Below, piece by piece: positions 37,496-52,405 of a DNA stretch of 64,000 nucleotides; the first letter of the stretch is position 1, and each line of letters opens with the position of its first letter. The stretch comes from Haliotis cracherodii (Eukaryota), in assembly GCF_022045235.1 (NCBI RefSeq), contig NW_027266265.1, positions 15,190,001-15,254,000 on the forward strand, in the 5' to 3' direction. The notes beneath the pieces were generated by a model that had not been told where the DNA came from, did no database searches, and worked only from the letters and a program-made list of their open reading frames with translations. The translations under genes were made by a program, and so were the position numbers.

Positions 37496-37575
37496 GGTTG
37501 AGCAGGGGCACGTGGTCGTCAGGATGTTTGATGTCCCATCCTGACATCCTGACGACCACGTGCCCCTGCTCAACC
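37496..37575. repeat. Perfect 32-bp inverted repeat with 16-nt spacer
   Basis: ggttgagcaggggcacgtggtcgtcaggatgt / acatcctgacgaccacgtgcccctgctcaacc. Confidence 0.95.
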
Positions 37576-40529
37576 CCTTAGAACTTATTGATATTGAGCT
37601 GCATACAGTGTTGATGTATTCATCCAGAATTTGTCATTGAATTACCGTTCTCAAAATCCGTAAATGGAGTGATTAAACATTCACCCATAACGGGTCCAAG
37701 TTTTCCTCATCATCACACGGGTTAATTATATTGTCAAAAGGAATCCAGCTATCATATGATTCATGTTGTTAAACTGCCCGGCAAAAGGAAGTAAATAATT
37801 GAAAAATGGTTTCAAAAAGATATTGTAAAAAACGGATATAAAAGAAGACTCGTCAATGGAAATCTGTACTTGTTGAACTACTTGCTAATAAACGCTTGTC
37901 AGTTTTAACAGTTAGATTATTTATTTCTACACATTCTAGTTATATTAATTAATCAAATTAAAAAGAATAATTCTGACGAACAAAGGCAAAGCCAGTAATA
38001 CTTGTATGCTGCAAGGTAATTATTATAAAAACTGTAATGAACGTCTATGGAATCATTATAAAAAAACATTAAAACTCGCAGGGCCAAAAACTACAACATA
38101 CATTGAGTCTGTTATTTCTGCAACCGATTTTGAACGAGATTATAATTACAAAGAGACGTCAATTCGGACTTATATGTAGCAGAAGACGCCAAACGTGCGA
38201 GCGAGAAGAATGCGATTAAACACCAACCATAAAAGATGCCAGCAATTTAAATGGATGTAATCTACCAAATAACATTTCCAGAAAGGGGTTTATGTAAGTA
38301 TTTTAGAATACACATTTTTACTTCAGTGGATTTAAAGCATAAAACAATCTCGGAATGAACTACAAAACTTTTAATGACGTACGTGCAAGAAGATCGCTGG
38401 AGCTATCTGAAACTGTTAAATGTAAGATGAAACATCGAATTGATCTTGCAATATACATAGTCGTTACACACAAGACGTGTATTAAATAATAGATAATCAC
38501 ATCTTGAACAGTTAGAAAACCTTCAATACGATTTTGGGAACGTGGACGAAAACCGAAGCTCTCGTTCGTTGACCGGTGGTGACCATTACATTAGTCATAA
38601 ACAGAAACCTCCCAAAAATTGAATTATTTTTTATTTAAATGTCACCTACGAAGGCAGAAATAGCTAATACTGAACATATATTTAAAATGGAGCAAGAACT
38701 TTCTCTACCCATTATGCAGGTGTATGAAATTATTACGCACTATTACAACAATTTCAGTCAGTCACCGATATGTAATTGATAGGATTGTTTTCGGTTTTAC
38801 AAGATCAATCCATTACTTTAGTGTTAATGTGTATGTGGGTGTGTAGCTGTATGCTAGCTCGACAGAAAATGTCAAGAGACGCAATACTGACATATCTTTC
38901 ATATCCTTACCATTTCCATTGCAACTTTATTAGCTATTTTAAATGACAAGGCTGCCCTATAACCTTTTTGCATTCTTTCCGATCCCCAGGAACTTTCACG
39001 TTGCACGGAAAATAGCCATAATTATCATGCATTCGTGTGAAAAATCTCCTTCATTTTAAATGCGTCTTTTATACCCAAGCACATCACATTCGTACTATGC
39101 CCTTTGTTGACTCGTCTGTTACAGAATGCGTAGGCTTGAAGAAATGCTTGTTATACCTTAACAATGGTTTTAAGAGGCACAGGCTGATTTGAAGTTGCTT
39201 TTCACCCTGAAGGTGACATTTGGTATTTGAGTTTGACAATGTTCATTGTTCATATTCTATGGACGGTCAATTGATTCTGAATCTGAGAATGCAGATTGGT
39301 AAATAAGCTTGCTGTGATTCCCCATGGGTAGTCAACGTTATCCAGCCACCATAGGATCTAAAGGTCTTTTCCTCGTAAAATTAGAGTAATTGAAGAAGCA
39401 GCAACGCTAAGAATCCACGGCTGTTGGTCTTGGGGATGAGAAAATCAATGCACGTCCGTGCGTGCGTGCCGAAGTTGGAAGCAGCAGATATTTGGTATCA
39501 GACACTAGTTGACTTGGGAGTCGTAGAGAGGAGGAAGGTACTTCACAAACACCAACTAGGTTCAATGTATTGGCAAAGCAGTTACGTGTGTTCTTTAAGT
39601 TAACGATCAGAGCCATAAATAGACCTTGGAAAGAAAGGTCGACATATATATTTGATGTACACGTATAATTGCTATCGCAAGTCACACAAGCAATGCACTA
39701 AGATGAGTTACATGGCGCAATGATGGTAATGGTAGTGAAAGTCCGAGAAAATGAATGAGGACGTTTGAACATCTTAAAGTGTTTCAGAAGAGACATATGT
39801 CGCTTTTTATCAGACTAGTGGTCAATGATGGCGTTCCCTGTGGTTTTCGAAATTGTGATTTTTCATATGTGACTCAAGGATTGCATTTGAATTTACATAA
39901 CCACCAGGAGCTGTCGCTGGGTATGGGTTCGAATCTACATATTTGGCTTTCCGACAGAAAGAAAATACGGCATCGCCATGTGGCTCAATACAAATACGGC
40001 TCACTTCCTCGCCCTTTCGTCATATCAAAACTATCACCTCCATTCTCGTTTGATGCCTATGTATAACTTTAATTTGATCCCACTCAACTTTGAACTATTA
40101 GGACACACCTGTACCGAAAGCACACTTTGTATAGTGCACTGATAAAAAACAAAGAGTCAGCATCGTTGTAATTTATTGACTCTCGAATAAAAATCGTACC
40201 AATATGTGTACAAGAAGATGCTTCGTAGCAAATACAGCATATCGATTGAGATTGTGCCGAAACATGATTTGGAACAACAGTCGTCTGAAAGCTTGCTTAG
40301 CTCAAAAGGACAAATCTAGCGCACGCACAACTGTATACGCGAAGAGAAATACATCTATCTGCGAAGGAAAGTAATCCACTTATGATTAATGTTGACAAAA
40401 CGCGAAGTGTAGTACATGTAAGTAGCAAGGTAACAATAAGGGAAGTTGATGTACTGTAGTACGTTTATGATGCAAGCTGACAAATGGATAAGTGTACTAA
40501 ACTTATAGTTGTATTTTGAATGTTTAAAT

Positions 40530-41119
40530 GAAGCGACAAAACCATGAGCAAGTGTTTATGAATCACTATCAAATAGTAATGACACCAGGTGTCCTGCCCC
40601 ATCGGTGGCACTCGTCACAAACGCATGCAAAGGCAAGTCAATTGTTCACCTGAAAATTCACGGGAATACATGGTACAAGTCAAAATAGGGAATTGCATTG
40701 GACATCAGTTTTGTCACTGATGCGTCAATTTTGGAAATGTCCCCCATAAAACCCTCTTGAAAGCATTATTGAGGCCTTGAATGGTGTAACCTTGATCAAA
40801 CAACTTCTAGCTACGAGAAGAGTCGTATGACGCTCCTTGAAATCCTGCTCGACATGAATTTAAAGTTGACTATAGGAAAATTAAAGTCATCCCTCTTGTC
40901 ATACAGTCTTGTGGAGAGTATTTTTTCACTCGAAATCTTTATGCACAAATCTAAATATGAAACAGACGAGGCGGTCTCACTGGTCTCCTTTATTTCTAGT
41001 TCAGGTGGGTAAATCAGTGGAAGGGGATTGGCTATTTGATTGTTATCGAACGACATCACATCATCGATATAAGTGAAGCTGAAGTTAAACTTCTTGGCCA
41101 AAAGGTCAGCTGAATACAC
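40530..41119 (-). mobile_element. Penelope-like retroelement RT fragment
   Basis: ORF 41119-40811: FNFSFTYIDDVMSFDN...IYPPELEIKETSETASSVSYLDL...TRLYDKRDDFNFPIVNF. Has the same 3' UTR as the other copies. Confidence 0.85.
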
Positions 41120-44100
41120 AAGAACTATGTTATCTTAATTCTTTATAATGCAAGTTTACAATAGTTCGGCATTGCGACATAAATATCATAGTAATTTTAC
41201 ATTCAGATGTATTAATAATCATCAGAACAATGTATATCTAATTATTGTCTCTATATTCAGCTAACAAAGTTGTTCAGTGTTCGCGCGGGCATATGACATT
41301 CTGCCATGACGTCCCAGCAAGTCTGTTTCACAACTGTAAGAGACTGCTACTTTATATTTCCGACAAAAAACCTTGTACTTTACAATCTCCATAACCATAA
41401 TATGTTTTACATAATTTTGATCTCCAAAAAATACAGGTTACTGTAATGATTAACTCTTTCCGTCTCACTTCTTGCTCAAGCACTTGTTTGTACATATGAA
41501 GTACGGGCAATGAAATGCAGTAAGAATAGTAATTTCTATAATTATGCTTTGCAAACTGACACAGTCTTTGAAAGTCTCCTGGTAAACAGTTTGGACTCAA
41601 ATTTCCAAACTGGCGCCTCTGTGGAATAATCTCTGATAAATCAAAGAAGCTCTATTTTGGGAAACAGTTACATTGGTGAAAGTGTTCAGTGGTAAGCCTT
41701 GACATGTTGATCAATAGAGGAACTAACACTTGAACAAGCCCGAGTAACGCCTGGCCTCTGTTTAAGACATAATCAAATGTATTTAGTGAGCAAAACCACA
41801 ACAACAATTACATACTTAGCCATGGTAGTGTGTTTTATTTCCAATGAGAAAAGCCAGGTTCGATTAAAAAATTTTGCTCTTATTTTAATGATCAAGCAAG
41901 GTAGAAATGAACCTAAGTATGGTTCATATATTATCGAATTACTCTCAGAATACGCTATAGTTTAATTTGTGAACTGATATTACGCAATAACATACAGGTC
42001 ATTACACAGTGCGCTCTTTGTAATAATATATCATTATATGACGTTGTATAGAAGTAATTAAGATGATTTACTGTCTTTTGTAACGTTTATAAACCACGCA
42101 ATCTAAAGTTTTAAACACAAAAACTCAGGCTCAGAAATAATCTAAACAATTAGCATGTAATTATGATCAATTACGAATTGTGCGTAGAAATGTTTTATCT
42201 AATCCCTAATGTGTCCCAACATTACTTTTCAGCTGTTTTTGATATCTTGATTTATCAAGAATACATCAATGTAAACAAATACTGAAATGTTGTTATTATG
42301 TGTGTACACAATATTAGATTATAAAATTGTCATGCTGGAATAATGTTACACACCCGTGGGTGAGAAACCATTTGAGATAACTGGTATCAAACATATGCGT
42401 GAGATCGAATTCCAGGTCCGTGGCTGGCTACTCCATGGTCAGATTTTGACGGACGTCTGTTCTGATTGTAATTCATAGATATGTTTCTCGTGCTTCAGTC
42501 GAATTCACCTAGTCTGTCTCGATCCATTATGGTTATATAGTATTAAATATATGTTCTTTGATTTTATCTAGACTGCATTATCATAATCGACTTGATAATT
42601 AATATATATGACTGAAAAGTGTTTTTAATATGGAGGATCACACCAGAAGAGAGCTGTAAGCCAGAAGCCGTTGTGTTATGTATAAATGCGCCTATGCGAG
42701 AACAGACAATATATGCATCGATTCTATGCTAAATCGGTGTAACATGTGTGAGAAACATATTACTGCACCCATGCCTGTCATATACTATTTATCTTACAAC
42801 CCGTTGTATCAAAACGTGTCTCGCTTCCGCCCGTAAGATACGTTTTGAAAAAACACGTAGTAAGAGACATGGTATTTGACAGACGCTCGTGTAGTCATCT
42901 CTATGTACGCATGAAGAAAGGTTTCATTGTACATTTGCAGTGTCATGTTCAAAACAAGCTCATGTCACAGCTCGTTCTGTGGGACTTCTAGACTGCAAAT
43001 AGCTCGCACGCTGGGGGATGCAATGCCGAAAGGCCCTGTAGCCAAAATTATTGCTCAATAACCAGGCGTGAATAGGTCACGTAGAAAGGGTCAGTGCTGG
43101 AGCACTGCTGGTCATGTTTGCGGGTTAAGGTCTGTCATGACGTCGTGTTGAAACACGTAAACAGTTTCAGACAGACGTCCACAATACCTAAATGTACGTC
43201 TTAGGGATTATTTAATATGAGGGGTGTGGTGTGGTGGTGGTGGTGGTGGTGCTGGTTGAGATAGGATATTATTTTCAGTCAGTGGTTGAAAATATGAAAC
43301 GCTTATCTGAAGGTAGGAGCCAAAGAATTGTTTTTGCTTCAGTTGGTAATTTTGGAGTGCCAGGCCATGTTAACGCTGTTTATGGGTAAACCCGGCAAAT
43401 TACATTAAGAGTTCTGTAAACTTTCAGATAACTATTCATCAGCCACTCCATCCTACCACCCTAACCGCACCCATCCAAAACCCTACCTGACCCCTGGAGA
43501 TTGACAGGTCCTCGGTGATGTTCCCCTGTACTTTTTATCTTTATCATAAACCAACACGCATGAAAAGGAGATCCAAAGGATGTTATCAATGTCAGTGATG
43601 CTAACACTATTTCGAAAAGGATCCATAATTTTTTTTTATTGTATTATCAATGTCAAGAACGCTCATGGCATGAGTTGGAATTCGCTGCATATGAAGCCCA
43701 AAGTGACTACATCCATTCAATCCTAATTATAAAACTTTATAATTTCAGACTGACTCTACGGTCCAGTGGATAGAACGTCTGCCAGGAGAGCGGCATGGTT
43801 TGGCAACCTGCTCCAAATGTTGTTCTATATATTCACCATGCTCCGACAAAAAGAAAGTATACTATTATCTAGTGAAGAAATGTAAAGCAAATACTATGCA
43901 CAAAGGTATCATATGGCCTTTTATGTTTACATTTTATTTCATGTTTACGTTTTATATCTGATTCAAACATACACTGGGGAGGACTGGGAGCAGTTTATAT
44001 CTACCATGTATTCTTCTATGAATGTTTGACATTACAAAGACAAACGTCTGAACAGCGACTAATATTCAATAGATCCAATCAAAATGAAACACCACACCTA

Positions 44101-44522
44101 CCAAGATTCTGTTGCTGCCAAACAGTCCAGTTTCGTGATTATTCGTCGACAATATATCATCTTCGTATCAATACATCGTATGGTTGTCAATTGCATCAGT
44201 GAAGTTACAATTGTTATCACATATAACCTTTTGGAATAAATGTTGTACTAAATGGTATTTGATAGTTTGCCTTGTTATATAGTGCTTTACCATGTACCAG
44301 CTTATCTCGTATGTGCATTTCGTGTTAAAAGAACTTTAATACGGTAATGCTTAAGCCATATCAGACCATATTTCCAATTACCTGTGACTCCCTTGTCCCT
44401 TGATAGACACAAATGCTTTTATGAACAAACACTCATGTCAATGTTCAGTAGTCAAATAGTCATCAATACATCAACGACATAAAACGGTTTTCTAAAATGT
44501 TCATTGTTCATTTACTTAACTA

Positions 44523-44697
44523 CAGTAAACTGAGGTTATAACGAACACGCTTATAACGAATTGATGGATATAACGAACTTACTTTTTTGGACCCGACTAT
44601 TGGCTGTAGTTATACTTATATATGCTTATAACGAACAACGGTTATAATGAACTAAAATTAGTAGTCCCTTTGAGTTCGTTATAACCCTAGTTTACTG
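44523..44697. mobile_element. Pogo/Tigger-type MITE
   Basis: 24-bp TIR CAGTAAACT(GA/AG)GGTTATAACGAAC, TA TSD, internal TATAACGAA repeats. Confidence 0.85.
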
Positions 44698-45264
44698 TAC
44701 CATAAAAAAAGAAATGTATAATTTACATCGTGTATATTGTATGACGCATACTTAGCCATCAACTACACATGTAGGTGCAGTCGACAAAGAACAGTACTCT
44801 GAACTGAACAATACTCAAAAGCAAAACTAATTTCCTGTTAACGACCGTCGTAAAACACATGAACATGTCACATCAAATGTTTATAATGAGAATATCCTTG
44901 CATTTTACAATCATTTACTGTTATTTATTGAACATGTAACATATTAGCATCATTGTTCGATGTGACACATAACGATGCCTTTTAGGGTCAGTGCCCTACA
45001 TCATTTCATATGATTTATGTGAATATTTTGGTAAATGTATCATTACTAAATAACGAGCAATATTCTCCCTGTATACTTCTGTCAACCAATGTTAATATGC
45101 CTCATCTGAAGTAGAGTACAATACAGTGACTATCAATATAATTGCTTTGACCTTCCGACCTATATATATATATTAAAACCATCATGCTGACATGATTTAT
45201 TACTATCGATGGATGCCAATATGTTTGGTGATAATATGTGTATGCGTTATGTGGTAGTATGAAC

Positions 45265-45268
<4 letters not shown>

Positions 45269-45346
<78 letters not shown>
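45269..45346. repeat. (TA)n microsatellite
   Basis: Direct observation. Confidence 0.95.
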
Positions 45347-45349
<3 letters not shown>

Positions 45350-46422
45350 GTTTGGTGGTAATCTTAAGTTATTACTTCTCAATACCATATAAGTTTATAT
45401 ATAAATAGTTCATATTATCACAAGACATATTGACATCTATCGACAATAATAGAAATGCGTCTGACTCGAAGTCTTTGAAAGTTGAATATGGTTTTGAGAA
45501 GTAATACATTTCTAAACGAATGATGTAAGTATAAATCAGATACAATCAATTACAGTTTAAGTTATTCCGTTTTGCATGTTGCGCAAGCTTTTTATTATGT
45601 TGGTGTGTGAATGTTGTTTTGTTTGCACTACAGCAATATCGCCAGGCCAGTGATGTCATGGACATGGGTGGACAAACTATCAGCAATTGCACGCATTGTA
45701 ACCACCCTGTTTTATATTAGTTGGATCTATTCTTACTAGGAGTTCCTACGTTGCTGTACAGGAATAATATAACGTCCACACCAGAGAATGACCATTCTTT
45801 TTCATTCGCCGAAACAGATTCCACTGGGCGTGAAGCAAAACAGCGGTGAAAATAATAAGAATGAATCGTATTAGTGAAAAATCAGTGATGACACCAGGTG
45901 TTCATTCAGGGAGAGTAATCAGAGAGTAGTCTTGGCATCTATCGAACGACGTTATGTTGGTCGTGCCTTTCTGCCGGGCAAAAGAAATATACAATTGAAA
46001 CTTGTCACCAAATAATTGCAAACGTTATCGAAACATTTCTAGGCTGAAAACACTCTCCAGAACACCGCAAACTGAAGGATACCAAACACAACTATGATAC
46101 TAGTATCAAATACGTCACCATTGAATAACCGTTTCTTGTTTGTTTAACACTTTCTATAGGACTACTTTACTGGCCGTATTTGAATTTATGGATATATCAT
46201 GAACGCATAGAAGGGAAGGTATTTTGTTTGCTATACATCTGGGAAAGGCTAAATACACCCAACCACCTTCTTTATTTTCATCCGGAACCTTCATTTATCT
46301 TTTGGAAAGAAATTTGTATGTGGCATTGGTCTCATAATATAAACATTTAATGTAAAACCGATAGCTGCTGTAAATTTGATACAAGAACACACAACCTTTC
46401 TGTTTCGCAAGAAACCATTATC

Positions 46423-46460
46423 CACATCACATCACATCACATCACATCACATCACATCAC
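46423..46460. repeat. (CACAT)n microsatellite
   Basis: Direct observation. Confidence 0.9.
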
Positions 46461-48634
46461 GGGAAGGGTCACAACGTATATAAGTTTGCGTTTTATAATA
46501 AAACCGCCACAATGGAAGTAGGAATTGTTACAAAAAAATCGGTTGCATCCATCACAGTCATCCATTCACAAGTTTGTCTTTCCTTAAAGGGATGCTGAAA
46601 GCGTCTTTCCCATGACGTCAATGGGTAATATATAGTGTAGCCAGAAGTGCATTTAACTTGTAGGAGTTTCTGTTTACGTGCCACACTGAATTTGTTTTCT
46701 TGGTAAAGCAAATGAAGTTATAACAACGTGAACAGGTATTTTGGACTTTTTCACGGATAATGATTTTAATATTTCCCCGTCTATGTTGAATACTTTCACA
46801 GATAATGCTATGGTTGCAAGTTCTCATAGATTATGCAATTCTGTTTCATCATATTTCTTGGAATATTTCACAGATTAACATACACAAAAATACGCTAAAA
46901 CAAGTTCCAACAAATATCTGAAAAAAAATATCAAAGACACTTCCTTAGGCGTTTACAGTTTCTCACATTTGTGGTCATGGGTGATTGTGAATATACTATT
47001 GAATAAAATAAATAATAATTATTTCACAAACTCACAATGATTGGAAATTGGTTCCATTCACAGTCGATATCATATATGACAATAACGAATAATCATATAT
47101 CATAATGTTTTTTACTGAGTTCTACTTTTATTACGACATGGTTCGATATGAATCTAACCTAAAATTCCTATTAAATCTCACAAAACTTTCCTCTTGGAAA
47201 TGAGGCCTATTTATTTGAATTCTCTCAGATAATCAATATGCTTGTCTGCCCACATGGCATTCCATGTGTTCCGATTTTCTTGTCGTCTGAGCCACGTGAC
47301 TGCCGCTCCGTCACATGAGTGCTCTCGAATGGGATGCTGTCAACTAGAAGCACGGTAAAGCCATAACAACAAATATAAATATGTGTGACCATACAAGCGA
47401 CTCACATGGTAAAACACGTGTGTTTAACGGTTAATTAGCAAACAACAACGTGCACTCCATGCAAATTATCTAAAGGTATGTCTTCAAGGACATTTGCTTC
47501 AGAATTTTGTTTTTAGGCTTCGATAAAAATAGAAATGACAACAGTACTTTCCTGTCATGGGGTCAAAATATTCCCAACGCCGACAACCATGATAAATGGG
47601 TTCGAACCAAGTCTTGCCATACCCGTGGTATTCTTGCGTTTCACAAAATTGTTAAACTTGCCTCCTACATCAAATTGGCACACTGTGACATAATGTTCAA
47701 ACCAGGACAACTGGGGCGAATTTGAGGTACGAACCCACAATCATAAATTTCTAGAGGCATAAAGGACGCCTTTCTGCAGAGCGAATTGTGGTTCCTGAAT
47801 GACTTATTGGGGAACATCAGAATTTACCTCAGCCAACTGCAATGTCAGGAAATTTTCCTACTGAACTTTTAATACCACTAGTTATGGTCTGATGGCAATG
47901 GTTTAATAAAACGGTATTTCCCGACGCTAAACTAATACTACTGATTGAAACATTTAGTTCGTACGTGAACAATGTCACATACTCTTCTACTGAATTAAGA
48001 ATCTATTGCAGAAACAGTTACCATAAGTTGAAATTGATAAAACAAATGATATGCACAGTACCTTTTATTATAGATTTACGTGATCATTCTTCTCGCTCAA
48101 CTACCTCTCTCCAACTTCAGTCAATATTTTGGAGAACATGGAGAACATTAAATATAACTGTAACATTGCTGACTAGGATAAATACTAAATCACTGTAGAA
48201 TGGTGACCAGTCATAGAACGCCTCGTAATACATATATGACTACCATAAATGTATGAATTTTATAAATGTTCGGACACCTACGCACGGACACATTTAGATT
48301 TTCAGTTTATGTTCCCCTTTATTTCCTCTGTCACTTAATGTCAGTTTAGTAGATGTAGATTATATTACCCGTTCATTGCTAAATACTTGGCTTCTTTTCG
48401 TAAAGGTAGCGATACGCATTATAATGACCTTGGAAACACCTACACAGGTGTCTACATCTGATAACCGTGACAGTCATCAGTGACCTTTAGAAATCTTAAA
48501 AAGGCATGCAAGCTTAAGGTGAAGTAATATACTACGTTTATATATATTTAAGGAGTATTACCACAAAGGCGGCTTAATTGAGCGCGATCAAGAGCATATC
48601 ATATTCTTTTCGTAATCCTCTTTTCTGTAGCTTG

Positions 48635-50168
48635 CCATTAATCATTTTTGGTATTCTTGGATGTCATTAATTATTTCTGGTATTGTTGGTGGTCATTACT
48701 CATTTCTGATATTTTTGGAGGCCATGAATTATTTCTGGTATTGTTGGAGGCCATTAACCATTTCAGGTATTGTTGAATGCCATTATCATTTCTGGTATTT
48801 TTGGAGGTCATTAATCAATTCTGGTATTGTTGGAGGCCATTAATCATTTCTGGTATTGGTGATGATTAATCATTTCTGGTACTGTTGGAGGTCATTAGTC
48901 ATTTCTGGCATTATTAGAGGTCGTTAATTGTTTCTGGTATTGTTGGAGGCCATTAATCATTTCTTGTATTGTTGGTGGTTATTAATCATTTTTGGTATTG
49001 TTGAAGGCCATTATCATTTCTGGTATTGTTGGGGATCATTAGTCATTTTTGGTATTGTTGGAGGTCATTAATCAATTTTGGTATTGTTGGAGGCCATTAA
49101 TCATTTCTGGTATTGGTGATGATTAATCATTTCTGGTATTGTTGGAGGTCATTAGTAATTTCTGACATTGTCTGATGCCATTAATCATTTCTGGTATTGT
49201 TGCATGTCATTAATCGTTCCTGTATTGTTGCATGCCATTTATCATTTCTGGTATTGTTGGAGGTCATAAATGATTGCTGGTATTCTTGGAGGCCATTGGT
49301 CATTTCTGGTATTGTTGGAGACAATTGATCATTTCTGCCATTGTTTGAGGTCATGAATCATTTCTGGTATTGTTGGTGGTCATTAATCATTTCTGGTATT
49401 GTTGGAGGTCATTAGTCATTTCCGATATTGTCTGAGGCCATTTATCATTTCTGGTATTGTTGCATGTCATTAATCGTTCCTGTATTGTTGCATGCCTTGC
49501 CATAAATCATTTGTGGTATTGTTGGAGGTCATTTATCATTTCTGATATTGTCGGAAGCCAATAATCATTTCTGGTATCGTTGGAGGTGATAAGTCATTTC
49601 TGGTATTGTTGGAAGCCATTAACCATTTCTGGTATTGTTTGAGGTCATTGATCATTTCTGGTATTGTTGGAGGTCAGTAATCATTTCTAGTACTGTTGGA
49701 GGTCAGTAATCATTTCTGGTAGTGTTGGGGGTCAGTAATCATTTCTGGTATTGTTGGAGGCAATTAATCATTTTTGGTATTGTTGGAGGCCATAAGTCAT
49801 TTCTGGTATTGTTGGAGACAATTACTCACTTCTGGTATTCTTGGGAGGTCATTATTCACTTCTGGTATTGTTAGTGGTCATTAGTGATTTCTGGTATTGT
49901 TGGAGGCCATTATCATTTCTAGTATTGTTGGCGGCCATTAGTCATTTCTGGTATTGTTGGAGGACATTAGTCATTTCTGGTATTGTTGGTGGTCATTAGT
50001 CATTTCTTGTAATGTTGGAAGTCATTAATCATTTCTTGTATTCTTGCATGTCATTAATCGTTCCTTTATTGTTGCATGTCATTAATCATTTCTGATATTG
50101 TTGGATGTCATTAATCATTTCTGGTATTGTTGGAGGTCATAAATCATTTCTTATATTGTTGAAGGCCA
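48635..50168. repeat. Diverged minisatellite, ~29-bp unit, ~50 copies
   Basis: Unit ccattaatcatttctggtattgttggagg. Confidence 0.95.
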
Positions 50169-50209
50169 CGGTCCCGACAATATACGTGTACATGCATGTA
50201 ACTACATAT

Positions 50210-50395
50210 CTTTGTTTGTTGTTTAACGCCGCATCCAGGAATTTGACACCAGTCTGTAAAAAATCGACTCTGGACCCGATTATCTAGTGTTCACATCATG
50301 AGCATCGATCTATGAGACTGGGGTGTGATGACATGCATCAACCAAGTCAGCGAGCCTTGACCCCGATCCCTATCCCGTTTATCACGACAAGTATA
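50210..50395 (-). mobile_element. Family B retroposon, degraded
   Basis: Homologous to family B. Confidence 0.7.
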
Positions 50396-50479
50396 ATCAC
50401 CTTAAGATATATGATTGCCATGAAAAGGACATAAGTAATTCACGCTTGTACAGGAATATAATAGCGATGGCGCAAAATC

Positions 50480-51180
50480 ACCACTTGTCGATCAAGGTAC
50501 ACGACATGAAAAAATAGAACAGAGACACAGACCTGTGCTGATGGATTTACGTTTGAATGAGCGGGTGAGTGAATGAGTACGCGCGTTGTTGGGTGGGATT
50601 GTTTGTGCATGTTAATGCACGGAGCACAATTTTTATGTTGCTTGTTTGAACAGCACATAATGATTACTTCCGAATCGCCACCAGGTTCTCATGCCAGCTG
50701 TTGGTATGCTCGAAAACAGGAATTTGCCAGACATGTTAATGTTCGTCGCAATACAATACCATCTTTGGAGACGACTCATGGCTTGCCACGGTCCGGTTGT
50801 CCACGTGTGACGTCACGTCAACAAAACAACTATATTCGGTTGGTGCATTTACTTAATCCACACCGAACTACCATATTACAACTCGGACCATTCCTTGGTT
50901 GAGATTATGAGTGACTGAACCGTAAGCAACCGGATGAGGAAGCACAACATCCGGTGTTAATGTCCAGCAATTCGCCTAGGTTTGCTCACAAGTCACAGTC
51001 AGGCACCCCTCGCTTGGTGAGGACATCATCTGAGCTTCAGAATACGAGACTGGGACAGTATCCTGTTCACAGATGAGTCCAGGTTTCATCTGGACAGCTC
51101 CGATGGTCGTGTAAGGATCTACAAGCGTCCAGGAGAACGTTTTGGCGGTGTTTATTCAACGTCGTCCTTTTTGGCGGTTG
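50480..51180 (+). mobile_element. Tc1-family transposase relic (5' part)
   Basis: LPRSGCPRVTSRQQNNYIRL and ILFTDESRFHLDSSDGRVRIYKRPGERF (~51060-51143). Confidence 0.8.
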
Positions 51181-51535
51181 GGTCACTTGTTATTTTTAAT
51201 AACATAACATTTACAACAATTAACATAAAGCATAGTTGCTTTTTCTGCGAGATTATATAATCAGTAACATCGCGATGATTAGTTTAATGTTCTGGGAAAT
51301 CCCACGAAATTCGACCGCCCTTTAAACCAGGAACACTAGCTAGTACAACGTAGGATGCTAGTTGACCAAAGATCATAATCCGCTTCGGGATCAGTTTGCA
51401 GCACTATAAGGTACTGACCACTTATGTCATCGAATAGAATGTTAACCATACGAATTTTATAACCATCTTTAATGAGATGAGATTAACACCGTGTTAAAAA
51501 TAGTTTAGTTTTCATACTTCTTGTAATACAAAGTA

Positions 51536-51701
51536 TTGAGTGAGTGAGTATGGTTTTACGCCGCTTTAAGCATTATTCCAGCAATATAACGGCGGGGGAC
51601 ACCAGAAATGGGCTTCACACATTGTACCCATGTCGGGAATCGAACCCGGGTCCTCGGCGTGACGGTCGGACGCTCTAACCACTAGGCTACCCGACCGCCC
51701 C
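51536..51701 (-). mobile_element. SINE family A
   Basis: TSD tgtaatacaaagta. Confidence 0.92.
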
Positions 51702-52319
51702 TGTAATACAAAGTAATTCAAACATAGCATCCTCAATACAAAACACGGAACCCGGGTAAAAATGGGTCCCAAACAGTCAACAGCTTGTACCCTGCCATCA
51801 ATAAATTGGATTAGATGATATAACTCAGTGATTTAGTTAATTGCGTCCTATCGTACACCGACGGCACAGAACGGTGCTCATAATGGCAACAACCGGCTTG
51901 TCTGGCCCGGATGTGAGTATTAACAAGAACCTCGTGATACAGCTGCAAGAGTAGTGACAACAACTAAAAAATAAATCAATCCCTGCAGAATACCTCGAAT
52001 CCACTTTATCCGGAACTATTCCCAGCTGTTATAAGCTATCTTCAAGGAGAAAAGCTTATCTGCCTATGCACAAGCACGTTTTAACAATACTTGTGTAGCT
52101 TCTTTGTTATGCAAAACTTGACATTTAACAAAACACGTTGTCAGCATGCTCTAGTGAGATGTGGCGTTATACAACAAACAAATCGAGTGCGTCATGAAAC
52201 AAATGATTAGGTCAGCGTTTTTGTAGTTCTTTACATTTTGCTGAAAGAACTGTATGTTGTAATCGCTTGTTCAATATAGTCTACAAGTATGTATACGTGT
52301 ACTCGTTCTTTGCGTAAAT

Positions 52320-52405
52320 GTGAGTGAGTTTGTATTGTTTTACGCCGCATTTATGCCAGCAATATCACGGCAGAAATGAGCTTCACACACTGTACCCATG
52401 TGGAT
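52320..52405 (-). mobile_element. SINE family A fragment
   Basis: Tail and body match family A. Confidence 0.65.

Noticed and set aside
37600-47500. Short ORFs across the large intergenic region
   Set aside because: No recognisable motifs or consistent splice chains, apart from the annotated TE fragments.
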